Positions 43,780 through 54,236 are shown, counted from the whole stretch's first letter. The stretch: 63,583 bases of DNA, filler included, from a bacterium (GCA_024278215.1; 5 parts of 5 records of this genome joined end to end with filler, not necessarily neighbours in it), one strand, 5' to 3'. The notes: generated by a model from the letters alone, not told the origin. A program made the numbers and translations.

Positions 43780-44991
43780 TTACATGAAACATTGTCCGTC
43801 GCCCCGGTAGGTAGGCACACGGTCAACTATATGGTTGTCCTTTATAAGCAATAATTCATTGAATCTTTCGCATAATTCGCCGGCCTTGGCGTGACGGAAT
43901 ATCACAGGTTGGCCGACCGCTGGTTTGTTGCCGCGCTTGAAAACGACAGGAGTCTGTACCTCGCCCGCGCCTTCGACCGCCAGCAGTTCGCCGCCGCGCG
44001 GCAGATATGGAACGGGAAGCTTGTCCGCGCCGATTTCGCCCGATGCGATGTAGCCGCCGCCTGCGCATGTGACGGTGTCGGCGGTCGGCGCGCGCACTGC
44101 CTGAAGCGCGAAAAACGCCGCGGGTGTCAGCTTTATGTTCGAGAAATAGTCGAAAATATGCGGGCAAAAGAACCCCGATCCGGCGGTGACTTCGGTGCAA
44201 CTGTCGTCGCGGCTCGTGGAATCGACGCTGCCTGTGCCGCCGCCGTTGACAATGCGCAAAACGAGTCCGTTTTCCGCCAGATACTTTACTACACCGGCCC
44301 GCCTTCGTGCGACATCCGGCCTGGAGAGTTCGCGCAGCATCTTCTTTATCGGGTTGAGTCCTTTAGTGAAAGGGTTTCTGTCGGTGAGTCCGGCTATCTG
44401 GGCCTCGTAACCCATAATGCCGATGACTTTCACACCGCCCACCCTGTCCGCCAGTCGGGCGAGCCGCAGTACGGCTTCTCCGCTACGGATAGGCGAGCGC
44501 CTGACGCCGAAGACGAGAGTGTCGCCAAGCGGGCGGTAACCCATGTCGACTTCGATCACCGCCTGAAGCTCGCCGCCGGCCGAGCGGCCCGCCGCGCCCA
44601 TCGCACGTATGTGGTCCTCGCAGTCGGCGATCATCGACACGTCCGCGCCTTTCGACGTAAGTTCAGCGAGCAGTTTCATATCCGGCGCCTGCACGCTCGG
44701 ATAAGCTATCAGAATATCGTCCAGCCCGTTTTCATACAGAAATGCGGCTTCTTCGACAGTGTATCCCATGATGCCTTTGACTGCGGCGCCGCCTTTCTCC
44801 AGCAGCCTTTTCAGGAGGGCGATGCAGCGGATGGATTTCGAAGCGATCCGCAGCGTTTTCGCCGAACCTTCCAGCTTTTTCAGGATGACGCCGAGGTTCG
44901 CATCGAAAGCGTCGAGGTTCACAAACGCCGCAGGCAGCCTTTCGCCGCCGAGGAATTCGAGACAGTCGTTGTATGTCGGACTTCTTTTCAT
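43780..44991 (-). CDS. PLP-dependent fold-type III enzyme (DSD1/D-threonine aldolase-like deaminase/aldolase)
   Basis: LRIASKSIRC, MGYEAQIAG, NGGGTGS, EVTAGSG, GEVQTP, RHAKAGELCERF. Confidence 0.85.
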   Translation of the reverse strand: MKRSPTYNDCLEFLGGERLPAAFVNLDAFDANLGVILKKLEGSAKTLRIASKSIRCIALLKRLLEKGGAAVKGIMGYTVEEAAFLYENGLDDILIAYPSVQAPDMKLLAELTSKGADVSMIADCEDHIRAMGAAGRSAGGELQAVIEVDMGYRPLGDTLVFGVRRSPIRSGEAVLRLARLADRVGGVKVIGIMGYEAQIAGLTDRNPFTKGLNPIKKMLRELSRPDVARRRAGVVKYLAENGLVLRIVNGGGTGSVDSTSRDDSCTEVTAGSGFFCPHIFDYFSNIKLTPAAFFALQAVRAPTADTVTCAGGGYIASGEIGADKLPVPYLPRGGELLAVEGAGEVQTPVVFKRGNKPAVGQPVIFRHAKAGELCERFNELLLIKDNHIVDRVPTYRGDGQCFM

Positions 44992-45142
44992 TTTCGCGTT
45001 ACAGTTTCGGGGCCGATAAGGTCGACAAACAGTTCCCTTATATTTCGCGCCGTTTTGCAGATGTTATTATACACGCATATAGCGCGGTGGTTCCACAGTA
45101 GGCGTATCGAAATTGCCGGAACTCGAATTCGCATATAATAAT

Positions 45143-45151
45143 TGGTATAAT
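45143..45151 (+). promoter_or_regulatory. Extended -10 promoter of glp-like operon
   Basis: TGgTATAAT 12 nt before ATG 45164; no Shine-Dalgarno in between. Confidence 0.5.
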
Positions 45152-45163
45152 TCCATATATATT

Positions 45164-46834
45164 ATGACAGGCACAAATGATTACGATGTGATAGTAGTGG
45201 GTGGCGGCGTAGTGGGCACGGGCGTCGCGCGAGACTGCGCCATGCGCGGGTTCAGCGTGCTGCTTGTCGAGAAAAAGGACTTCGCAGGCGGCACATCGGG
45301 CGCGAACATGGGCATGATACACGGCGGCCTGCGCTACCTGCTCTTCGATGTCGAGACGACGAAACTTTCCTGCATCGACAGCGGCTACATACAGAATATC
45401 GCACCGCATCTGCTGTTTAGAATACCATTTATAACTCCCGTGATGAAGGGCGACAGCCACAATATCGAGCTGGTCGAAACATTCATGGAGGCTTATGATG
45501 TGTTCCAGCACTACAAGGGCGGCAAGCGGCACACGCGCCTGAGTGTCGAGGAAGCGAGGCATGTCGAGCCGGGCCTGTCGGAGGAGATCACGGGCGCTGT
45601 TACTTTCGACGAATGGGGGATCAACCCGTTCAGGCTGTGCGTATGCAACGCGCTGTCGGCGAGTGAACACGGTGCGGAAGTGAGGAACCACACGATTGTC
45701 ACGGGATTTCTGCGCGACGCAGGCGCGGTGGTCGGCGTCAGTATGCGCGACACATTCAGCGGCGAAGAGTCGGAAGCGCAAGCGCGTATAGTCGTCAACG
45801 CGTGCGGTCCGTGGGCGCAAAAGGCGGCGGGTGCGGCGGGTGCCGAAGTTAAGTTGCGGCCCGGCAAGGGAATAAATGTTTTCTTTGACCGCCGCATCTC
45901 GAACTTCGCTGTCGCCGCCGAAGCTGTGGACGGCAGGCAGGTGGTCATCATGCCGCATGAAAACACTACTATGATGGGCTGCACCGACGATGATTTCTAC
46001 GGCGACCTCGATCACCTCGAAGCAACTCACGACGAGATAGAATATCTGCTCGAGGCGGTCGAAAGAGTTTTTCCTTCCATCAGAAAACACAGGATGATCC
46101 GCGTCATGTCGGGTGTGCGTCCCACGCTGTTCGAGTGGCGCAAGATAGAGGACAAGCTGACGCGCGAGCATGAACTTTTCGATCATGAGGAGCGCGAGGG
46201 GATAAAAGGATTCATCACAATTGTCGGCGGCAAGCTCGCGACGTTCAGGATAATGGCCGAAGAAACGACGGACCTCATCTGCAAGAAACTCGGCTCCGGC
46301 GCCGAGTGCAGAACGCATCTGGAACCGTTGCCCGGCGGGGACGATACGGTCGATATCGAGAGTATCGCCGCCGAGTACGGTATGCCGCTTTATGTGGTGA
46401 AACGACTGGCGTTCAGGCACGGCACACGATGCCGGAATGTGCTCGACATCACAAAAGAGGACAGGCGCGCGGCGTCCATCGTGTGCAGATGCGATCCCGT
46501 GACGGAAGCGGAAATACGCTATGTGATCAGGCACGAATGGGCGCGGACACTCGACGATGTGAGGCGCAGGACACACCTTGGCTGCGGGCCGTGCCAGGGC
46601 GCGCGCTGCAACTTCAGGGCGGCGGCGATTCTCGGAGATGAATTAAAGCTCGATCCGCCGGAAATATGGAGCGCCGGGGCGGCTTATCTCCAGCAGCGCT
46701 GGAAGGGTAAATATCCCATACTGCGGGGCGATCAGCTCGCCCAGGAAGAGATCAACCAGGCGATTTATTTCGCCGTCGGCAATTATGATGAGATATGCGA
46801 TATGACAGACAGGGACAAATTCGCGAATGTCTGA
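45164..46834 (+). CDS. glpA: FAD-dependent glycerol-3-phosphate dehydrogenase subunit A-like with BFD-like [2Fe-2S] domain
   Basis: VGGGVVG, IHGGLRYL, SGVRP, GGKLATFRIMAE, CRCD...CGPCQGARC. Confidence 0.85.
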   Translation: MTGTNDYDVIVVGGGVVGTGVARDCAMRGFSVLLVEKKDFAGGTSGANMGMIHGGLRYLLFDVETTKLSCIDSGYIQNIAPHLLFRIPFITPVMKGDSHNIELVETFMEAYDVFQHYKGGKRHTRLSVEEARHVEPGLSEEITGAVTFDEWGINPFRLCVCNALSASEHGAEVRNHTIVTGFLRDAGAVVGVSMRDTFSGEESEAQARIVVNACGPWAQKAAGAAGAEVKLRPGKGINVFFDRRISNFAVAAEAVDGRQVVIMPHENTTMMGCTDDDFYGDLDHLEATHDEIEYLLEAVERVFPSIRKHRMIRVMSGVRPTLFEWRKIEDKLTREHELFDHEEREGIKGFITIVGGKLATFRIMAEETTDLICKKLGSGAECRTHLEPLPGGDDTVDIESIAAEYGMPLYVVKRLAFRHGTRCRNVLDITKEDRRAASIVCRCDPVTEAEIRYVIRHEWARTLDDVRRRTHLGCGPCQGARCNFRAAAILGDELKLDPPEIWSAGAAYLQQRWKGKYPILRGDQLAQEEINQAIYFAVGNYDEICDMTDRDKFANV

Positions 46835-48194
46835 TATGGAATATTCGACATTGGTAATTGGCGGCGGCATCGCCGGTTACACAGCCGCGCTGAGCGCGCG
46901 CGAAGCAGGCGGGGAAGTCGCGATTGTCGCGGGCAGGCCCGGCGCGTCTTCAATGTCGTCCGGCATCTTCCACACCGATGCCGACCCCGGCAGGGTCCGC
47001 GACATCGCCCTGCCGGAAAAGAACTCTTTCACGGAGAATATGAACCTTATTTCCATCGCCGAACCTTATCATCCATATTCGATCCTGGCGGGTGCACACT
47101 CGCCTCAGGAAATGCTTCGGGCGATAGATTGCTTTCTTAAATACCTTGCGGAAGCAGGTCTTGAAACAGGCGGCGCGGCAGATCGCTATATGCTTCTGAT
47201 GAACAATCTCGGTACGATGAACAGGGCGCGTTTCGCGCTGAAGAGTATCGCCGACGGCGATGTTGCCAGTCCGGGAAAGATGAAACTCGCAATTATCGGA
47301 ATAAAAGGATTCGCGGATTACGATCCGGGTTTTATCGCGGCTTCCGGCGACGCGCTGGCCCGCAGAATTTCCGGAGAAGGCTTCGCGAAGATCGACGCCT
47401 TCGAGGTTGCTGTAAAGGGATATGAAAACTCCGATAACATGACGACCACGCAGGTCGCGGAGGCACTGGACGAGCACGAAATTACAGGTGCGTTTGCCGA
47501 AACTGTGAAACGAAATATCGCGGGCGGCGAATACACGCATACCGCGTTCCCGGCGGTTCTCGGACTGAAACATCACAGGGAAGTTATCAGCGGCCTTGCG
47601 GAATATCTCGGAATCGCGGTATTCGAGATCGCCACTCTACAGCCCTCTGTACCGGGCATAAGAATAATGAATGCGCTGCGTTCGCTTGCGACACGAAAAG
47701 GAATAACCGTAATTAAGGGAACCGCCGAAGCGGTCGACACTGGCGACGATGTGATTGCCGCGACGATAAGCGGCGGTTCGTCAGTGTACGGCACCCCGCA
47801 GAAAAGCAGAATTGCGGCGGGTAAAGTTATTGTCGCAACCGGCAGGTTTATCGGCGGCGGTATCGAACACGGCAATGCCGGAGATGACATCAAAGGCGGC
47901 GGCGCGGGGCTCGTGGAAACACTCACCGGCATCATCCCGATATGTTATAAGGGGCACCCGGTGAAGGGCGGCACTATGATGAACTTTGTCACACCTACAG
48001 TAGCGGAACCGCAACCTGTGTTCTCGTGCGGCGTCATGGTCGACGCGAAGCTGCGACCGCTGGACGCGAACGGAACGCCGGTGCATGAGAACCTCAGATG
48101 CGCCGGCTCGATTATAGGCGGCTACGATCCCTGCCGCGGCAAATGCGGCACGGGTGCCGCCGCCGTCACTGGATACTTTGCGGGTATGGAATAG
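46827..48194 (+). CDS. glpB: Anaerobic glycerol-3-phosphate dehydrogenase subunit B-like
   Basis: IGGGIAG, MSSG, FPAVLG, PSVPGIR, ATGRFIGGG, AGSIIGGYD..G.G.A. Confidence 0.8.
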   Translation: MSDMEYSTLVIGGGIAGYTAALSAREAGGEVAIVAGRPGASSMSSGIFHTDADPGRVRDIALPEKNSFTENMNLISIAEPYHPYSILAGAHSPQEMLRAIDCFLKYLAEAGLETGGAADRYMLLMNNLGTMNRARFALKSIADGDVASPGKMKLAIIGIKGFADYDPGFIAASGDALARRISGEGFAKIDAFEVAVKGYENSDNMTTTQVAEALDEHEITGAFAETVKRNIAGGEYTHTAFPAVLGLKHHREVISGLAEYLGIAVFEIATLQPSVPGIRIMNALRSLATRKGITVIKGTAEAVDTGDDVIAATISGGSSVYGTPQKSRIAAGKVIVATGRFIGGGIEHGNAGDDIKGGGAGLVETLTGIIPICYKGHPVKGGTMMNFVTPTVAEPQPVFSCGVMVDAKLRPLDANGTPVHENLRCAGSIIGGYDPCRGKCGTGAAAVTGYFAGME

Positions 48195-48197
48195 AAC

Positions 48198-49454
48198 ATG
48201 AGACTCGACAGCAAATCGCTGGAAGCGATAGGCAACCTGGCATACAGATTCTGGGCGCATGTATTCCGGCGCGCAGTGCGCAAGCCCGGCCAGGGTGAAG
48301 AACTCGCCGCTTTCAGAAAAAATTATCTCCCGGACAAACTCGAACCGCTGACCGGGTCCGAACGCGCGCTGCTGCTTGACAGCCAGAGGTGCGTCAACTG
48401 CGGAACATGCACGAGCGTGTGCCCGGTCGTGGACAGCGCGCGCGACGGTTTCTACCGTGGACCCGGCAGCATCACGGCGGCCCTGACTCGCTCCTTCCCC
48501 GACTTCGGCGCAGCCCGCGACGCTGTCTATAACTGCACCCAGTGCGCACGATGCGCCATCGAGTGTCCGCGCGGGATCGACATCCCAGGCCTGATACTTG
48601 CCGCGCGCCACAAGACTGTCCAGGTCGCCGACATCGGCATGATGAAGTCATACAATACCATTGTTGAAAAGCTTGCCGTTTCCGGTAACATCTACGGAAA
48701 ACCCTGCGACCGTTTCTCTTCATATATCAAGCCCCGTGCGGACGTCGTGTTCTTTGCAGGCTGCGTTGGGCGCAACGAAACTGTCTCCGACACGATCCTG
48801 ACAATCGGGCTGCTCGAAGCGTTGAAAGTAGATTTTACGATGATCGAAGAATACTGCTGCGGCGGTTTTCACAGGTCTATCGGCATCGACCTGAAAACGA
48901 ATGAAGGCGTGCGGAAAAACATCGATGCGATAATCGCGACAGGTGCAAAGAAAGTCGTAACAGGCTGTCCGCACGGGTTCGAAGTGATGAAAAGCTGCGA
49001 ACCTTACGGTACGGAATTCAAGGAGAATAATATCACGGTTGAACACATAACCGAATTCCTGCGCGGTCTCGAGTTCGAGGCTGCGGCAGAGGACGGCTTG
49101 AGAGCCGCATATCACGACCCTTGCTTTCTCGGACGCAGGAACGGCGTCTATGACATACCGCGCGAGCTTATAAAAAAGGCAGGCGTGGAAATCGTGGAAT
49201 TGCCGGACACAAGAGAAGAATCGCTGTGCTGCGGATCGAAAATCGGTACGTTCGTGCTCGACAGCGGCGTGTCGGACGCTATTGCTGAAAAGAGAATGAA
49301 GCAGGTGCGCGAAAGCGGCGTTGGACTCCTCCTGACGGCCTGTCCCGGATGTCTTTCCGTATTCGAAAACACTGAGCACGATGGGATCGAGATCGAGAGT
49401 GTGGCCGGTTTTCTCGCGAAGCGGTGTTCCGATAAAAATAAAGTTGAGTGGTGA
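48198..49454 (+). CDS. GlpC/HdrD-like Fe-S protein (two 4Fe-4S, two CCG domains)
   Basis: CVNCGTCTSVCP, CTQCARCAIECP, FAGC, CCGG, YHDPC, CCGS, TACPGC. Confidence 0.85.
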   Translation: MRLDSKSLEAIGNLAYRFWAHVFRRAVRKPGQGEELAAFRKNYLPDKLEPLTGSERALLLDSQRCVNCGTCTSVCPVVDSARDGFYRGPGSITAALTRSFPDFGAARDAVYNCTQCARCAIECPRGIDIPGLILAARHKTVQVADIGMMKSYNTIVEKLAVSGNIYGKPCDRFSSYIKPRADVVFFAGCVGRNETVSDTILTIGLLEALKVDFTMIEEYCCGGFHRSIGIDLKTNEGVRKNIDAIIATGAKKVVTGCPHGFEVMKSCEPYGTEFKENNITVEHITEFLRGLEFEAAAEDGLRAAYHDPCFLGRRNGVYDIPRELIKKAGVEIVELPDTREESLCCGSKIGTFVLDSGVSDAIAEKRMKQVRESGVGLLLTACPGCLSVFENTEHDGIEIESVAGFLAKRCSDKNKVEW

Positions 49455-51010
49455 ATATGAGAATAATAAAAGTATCAAGACTCGACAAAACGATAATTGC
49501 GGAACTGGCGGCTATTGTCGGCGAAGCGAATGTCAGTGTGTCGGATGTCGACCGGATGGCATACTCGCGCGACCTCTGGCCGCAGACACATATCTGGATG
49601 ATGGACAATAAAGTGCCTTACCCGCCGGACGCCATAGCCTGGGTGGAAAACGAAGAACAGGTCGTCGAGGTTCTCATGCTGGCGAACAGACTGCACTTCC
49701 CCGTTATCCCTTTCTCGGCGGGCTCGGGAGTTTGCGGCGGCACACTTCCACACACGGGTGGAGTTGTGCTGGACCTGAAGAAACTCAATAAAATTATAGC
49801 GATAAACGACAAGACACTTACCGTTACAGCCGAGACGGGCATCATCGGACAGCACCTCGAGATGGAACTGAACAGGAAGGGCTATACGATGGGGCATTTC
49901 CCATCGTCGATTTACTGCTCGACGCTGGGCGGCTACATCGCGGCACGTAGTGCGGGGCAGTTGTCGGCGAAATATGGAAAGATCGAAGATATGGTGCTCA
50001 GTCTTCGCGCGGTGATGGCGCAGGGCGAAATCATCGAGACAGTCGTCACCCCGCGTTCCGCAGCGGGGCCCGACTGGGCACAGGTGCTGCTCGGCTCGGA
50101 GGGCACCCTCGGCATAATAACTAAAGCGGTAATGAAAATATATCCTTATCCCGCGTGCAGGTCGTACCGCGCTTTCATGTTCTCAGGTGTGCACGACGCG
50201 CTGGAATCCATAAGGCGGATAATGCGCGCGGGGATAGCGCCGGCGGCAATCAGGCTCTACGATGAACTCGACACGATACTGATCGGTTCGAAAAAAGAAG
50301 ATTCGGTCGAAGCGCCCGTGAAATACGAACCGGATGACGAAAGTATGGTAAAGAAAATTATGCATGGCATGTTCGATTCCGTGCAGAATATCATGCTGGG
50401 CAGACCGGGTATCGCAGGCAAGCTGGCGGAAAAAGTAAAAGGGAAATGCCTGCTTGTGCTGATGTTCGAGGGCGAGCGGGACATGACGGAAACGGAACTG
50501 CGCATGTCGACGAAAATATGCCTTGCCAACGATGCGTCCGACGAGGGAGAAGACCCCGCGCGTCGATGGTGGGACAACCGGTATAATGTTTCCTACAATC
50601 AGTCGCGCGTGTTCGACCGCGGTTCCTTTGTCGATACCATCGAAGTCGCCACAACATGGGATAAAGTCGAGGACCTCTATCACGACATACGCCGCGCTGT
50701 GTCGAAAAAAGCGTTTATCATGGCGCATTTCTCTCACGCGTATCCGCACGGATGCTCGATCTATTTCTCGTTCATCGGACGCGGCAAAACCGAGGAAGAG
50801 GCACTGCGCGTATATCGCGATATATGGGACACGGCAATGGACGAGTGCATCAGGATGGGCGCGACGGTCACGCACCACCACGGCGTCGGCCTCCACAAGG
50901 CGAAATACTTCATGCGCGAACTCGGCACGCTCGGTAAAATATTCAACGACCTTAAAAAGGTTGTCGACCCGAATAATATATTGAACCCCGGAAAGATGGG
51001 GCTGGAGTAG
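49448..51010 (+). CDS. Alkyl-dihydroxyacetonephosphate synthase-like FAD-linked oxidoreductase
   Basis: GHFPSS..STLGGYIAARSAGQ, GSEGTLG, RLYD, DTIEVATTW, HFSHAY..G..YF, HHHGVG, LNPGK. Confidence 0.8.
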   Translation: MVNMRIIKVSRLDKTIIAELAAIVGEANVSVSDVDRMAYSRDLWPQTHIWMMDNKVPYPPDAIAWVENEEQVVEVLMLANRLHFPVIPFSAGSGVCGGTLPHTGGVVLDLKKLNKIIAINDKTLTVTAETGIIGQHLEMELNRKGYTMGHFPSSIYCSTLGGYIAARSAGQLSAKYGKIEDMVLSLRAVMAQGEIIETVVTPRSAAGPDWAQVLLGSEGTLGIITKAVMKIYPYPACRSYRAFMFSGVHDALESIRRIMRAGIAPAAIRLYDELDTILIGSKKEDSVEAPVKYEPDDESMVKKIMHGMFDSVQNIMLGRPGIAGKLAEKVKGKCLLVLMFEGERDMTETELRMSTKICLANDASDEGEDPARRWWDNRYNVSYNQSRVFDRGSFVDTIEVATTWDKVEDLYHDIRRAVSKKAFIMAHFSHAYPHGCSIYFSFIGRGKTEEEALRVYRDIWDTAMDECIRMGATVTHHHGVGLHKAKYFMRELGTLGKIFNDLKKVVDPNNILNPGKMGLE

Positions 51011-51060
51011 TTGTACCGGGCACGCGCCGACAACAACACGTTCTGAAAAGAGGGATCGCT

Positions 51061-52187
51061 TTGCTGACAAAATATAAGAAAGAAATCACATACTGCACCT
51101 TCTGCCCCAAGTTGTGCCGTTTTGCCTGCACCGTCACCAACGCGGAAATGCGCGAGACGGTGACCCCCACGACCAAGATGAACTTGCTGCATCTTGTGCG
51201 CGAGGGTGCCATCGACTTCACTGCCGACGTCGCTGAAATCGCATATCACTGCACGGGCTGCCGGCTTTGCAGGGCATATTGCAAACACAGAACGGATGTC
51301 GCCGAAACGATGATCGCCGCACGCGAGGAAGCCGTCAAATTCGGCGTTTGTCCCGATTCGGTGAAGGTATTTATCGCAAAATATCGCAAGTTCTCGAATC
51401 CGTACGGCGAAGACCTTTCCAGCACGCTTGCATCGCTCAAGCAGGAGCGCAGGATAAACAAGACTGCGCAGATGATCTATTTCCCGGGCGCGGTCACGTT
51501 GCAACACTATCCCGGTGTCGCCTCGGACATGATAAGTCTCCTGGAGATGTGTGGGACCGACTTCGCAGTGCTCGGCGGCGACAACCTCTGCTGTGGCACG
51601 CCCGCACTGCTCGCGGGCGATGTGAAAACATTCGCAAAAACGGCGAAATCGATAGCGGAAATCCTTAACTCCTATGAAACCGTGATTTGCGGCGATCCTC
51701 GGCCATCGAAATTATTAAAACCTACTACCCCCGTGCAGGCGCGAAAGTTACGGCGAAACTCGAGCACACCACCGAATGGCTCGCACGGCAGGCGGCGGAG
51801 AAACGCATCACATTCGGTCCTAAATCAGATCAGAGAATTATATATCACGACCCGTGCTACCTCTCTAAATACCTGAATGTTATCGAACCGCCGCGCTACC
51901 TTCTGCAACAGATGTTCTACCCGGACAACATACTCGAATTCAGCTGGAACCGCGACAAAAACTATTGTTGCGGCGGCGGCGGCCTCGTGCCGGTGACAGC
52001 GCCGGAAGTGGCTGCCGGGATCACACGTGAGCGGCTCAAAGAATTCTACGAATACGCGCCGGACGCGCTCGTGACAGCCTGCCCGACCTGCGAGCGGATG
52101 TTCGAGCGCGCCGACAACACAATTGCCGTTCTGGATATTGTTACACTTGTCAGGCAGCAACTTAATGAAAATATTATGGGTTCATAA
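51061..52187 (+). CDS. Fe-S/CCG-domain protein, split by a 1-nt frameshift near 51697
   Basis: CTFCPKLCRFAC, CTGCRLCRAYC, CCG in first frame; YHDPC, CCGGGG, TACPTC in second frame; GDP-SAIEIIK joins if one C is added. Confidence 0.8.
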
Positions 52188-52213
52188 CCCGCATTGGTGA
52201 AATATGTGGGTTA
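52185..52213. repeat. Palindromic repeat family A, copy 4
   Basis: taacccgcattggtgaaatatgtgggtta fills the whole gap between convergent genes. Confidence 0.85.
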
Positions 52214-53044
52214 AGTAATCATGGCGTTTTCTTTGATAAACGTATCTATCATTTTCGCGTTTTTGAGAATGTGCGAAAGATTTTTTATGGGGATCATGTT
52301 TGCGCCGTCGGAGAGTGCATTGTCGGGGTACTCGTGGGTTTCGAGGAAGACGGCGTCTACGCCCACGGCGAGGCTCGCCCGAAGGAGCGTGTCGACGAAT
52401 TCGCGCTGGCCGCCGCTGGATGTGCCCGCGCCGCCGGGCAGTTGCACACTGTGCGTGGCGTCGAAGCATACCGGGTATCCGAACTGGCGGATGATAGGCA
52501 GGGATTTGAAATCCACTACGAGATTGTTGTATCCGAAGGTGACTCCGCGTTCCGTGACCACTATTTTCCTGTTGCCTGTGCTTGTGACTTTGTCTATCAC
52601 GTTGCGGATGTCCCACGGTGCGAGGAACTGCCCTTTTTTAATGTTCACGGTTTTACCCGTCTCGGCTATCGCCAGCACAAGGTCCGTCTGCCTGCATAGA
52701 AACGCCGGAATCTGCATGATGTCCAGCACGGATTCAGCATACTTCGCTTCCTCTGCCGTATGCACATCCGACAGGACAGGTGTGTCGAGTTCCTCTTTTA
52801 TCTTCTTGAGGATTTTCAATCCTTTTTTTATGCCGGGACCGCGGTAAGAATTTATTGAAGACCTGTTTGCCTTGTCGTAGGAGGATTTAAAGACGAGAGG
52901 AATATCGAGTTCCGCCGTTATCGACCTGAGTTCCTCGGCCACTTTCATGCAGGCTTTTTCATCTTCGATAACGCATGGTCCGGCAAAGAGCACGAAAGGT
53001 GCGCCGCCGCCGATAGGGATTCCGTTTATGTCGAATGTTTTCAT
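52211..53044 (-). CDS. kdsA: KDO8P synthase (metal-dependent type)
   Basis: AGPCVIE, KSSYDKANRSS, QIPAFLCRQTDL, KKGQF, FDATHSVQLPGG, ALSDG. Confidence 0.97.
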   Translation of the reverse strand: MKTFDINGIPIGGGAPFVLFAGPCVIEDEKACMKVAEELRSITAELDIPLVFKSSYDKANRSSINSYRGPGIKKGLKILKKIKEELDTPVLSDVHTAEEAKYAESVLDIMQIPAFLCRQTDLVLAIAETGKTVNIKKGQFLAPWDIRNVIDKVTSTGNRKIVVTERGVTFGYNNLVVDFKSLPIIRQFGYPVCFDATHSVQLPGGAGTSSGGQREFVDTLLRASLAVGVDAVFLETHEYPDNALSDGANMIPIKNLSHILKNAKMIDTFIKENAMIT

Positions 53045-53130
53045 TCAGGCTCCGTCTCATAATGACATTTCTTTTGCAGAGTTGCAAGATATTATATCAC
53101 GTAAAATTGTGTATGCCACCTGCAATTATT

Positions 53131-54231
53131 TCAATCACAAATATCCAGTATTTCCTCTACATGGCCGGCGCCGCTGAGAATCTCGATTTTTACTGTGATC
53201 ACCCGCCACTCACAGGCGGGACTGAAGAAGCCGGGTATGCGCACAGCGTCTTTTTCTGTTGTCACGATAACGTCGGCCCTCGATTTTACCGCCCTGTCTT
53301 CCACATCACGGAGGTCTTTTTCTCCGAAAGGATGATGGTCTGTAAAGCGGAACAAAAGCGGTACGTTGCCCGTGAGTTCTCCCACAAGTTTTTCGAACGG
53401 TTCGGGGGATCCTATGCCGCTGACGCACAGGGCTTTCCGGCCTTTCAGGTCTTCTATCGGCAACATGATGCTTTCTTCGCCGAGTTTCGGCGCGCCCACG
53501 GGGGCGTATCTCGACTGGATTACGGGGATGTCCGGGAAGTCTTTCGCAAGGCGAGCCTGCAATGAATCGCGGATGTCGTCGGGCATGGCGTCCGCTTTGG
53601 CGATCCAGAAATGTGTTGCCCGGTGGAGACTCTCCAGCGGCTCACGCAACATGCCGGCCGGCAGGAGTTTTTCGAAACCTAGCGGCGACAGCGGATCGAA
53701 GACGACGATATTCACATCGCGGTGCAGCGTGACGAACTGGAAGCCGTCGTCGAGCAGAACGACATCGCAGCCATGTTCTTCGGTGAGTGTTTCGGCTGCT
53801 TTGCAGCGGTCGACATTGACGGCGACCACAGTGTTTTGCGTACCGCGAAGATAGAGCAGTGGTTCGTCTCCGCACTGGTGCCAGTCGATGTTTTTTCGTT
53901 GCGTGTCCAGCACTTCGATGCCACCGCCCTCGCGACCATAGCCGCGGGTGGCGATGCCGACTTTTCTGCCGCGTTCTTCGAGCAGTTCGGCCAGCCGTCT
54001 GCAAACAGGTGTTTTCCCGGTTCCGCCCAGTGTGATGTTACCGATACTGATGACCGGCACGTCGAGCGTGTCTTTCTGGCGCGCGTCGAGTTTTCTCATG
54101 CGCGCCTGAACGCCGCGCCTGTATATTCGTGACATGTTTTCCAGCGCGAAACGCGCGGCGACGGCGGCAGGGTCTCTGCGTTCGCCGGATATGATGTTAT
54201 AAAGGGCTGAACCTTTTCTTCTATCGACCAT
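53131..54231 (-). CDS. lpxK: Tetraacyldisaccharide 4'-kinase
   Basis: IGNITLGGTGKTP, GDEP, LDDGFQ, LPAGMLREP, FTDHH, TTEKDAVR. Confidence 0.95.
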   Translation of the reverse strand: MVDRRKGSALYNIISGERRDPAAVAARFALENMSRIYRRGVQARMRKLDARQKDTLDVPVISIGNITLGGTGKTPVCRRLAELLEERGRKVGIATRGYGREGGGIEVLDTQRKNIDWHQCGDEPLLYLRGTQNTVVAVNVDRCKAAETLTEEHGCDVVLLDDGFQFVTLHRDVNIVVFDPLSPLGFEKLLPAGMLREPLESLHRATHFWIAKADAMPDDIRDSLQARLAKDFPDIPVIQSRYAPVGAPKLGEESIMLPIEDLKGRKALCVSGIGSPEPFEKLVGELTGNVPLLFRFTDHHPFGEKDLRDVEDRAVKSRADVIVTTEKDAVRIPGFFSPACEWRVITVKIEILSGAGHVEEILDICD

Positions 54232-54236
54232 GTCTG

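Noticed and set aside
43682-43780. ZMP/ZTP riboswitch upstream of purH
   Set aside because: No pfl-motif consensus visible; the region is short and AT-rich.
43891-46576. Long antisense ORFs (e.g. 43891-45138 +, 45038-46576 -, also 35243-36502 - and 26372-27385 +)
   Set aside because: Shadow frames opposite well-supported genes in GC-rich DNA, with no recognisable motifs.
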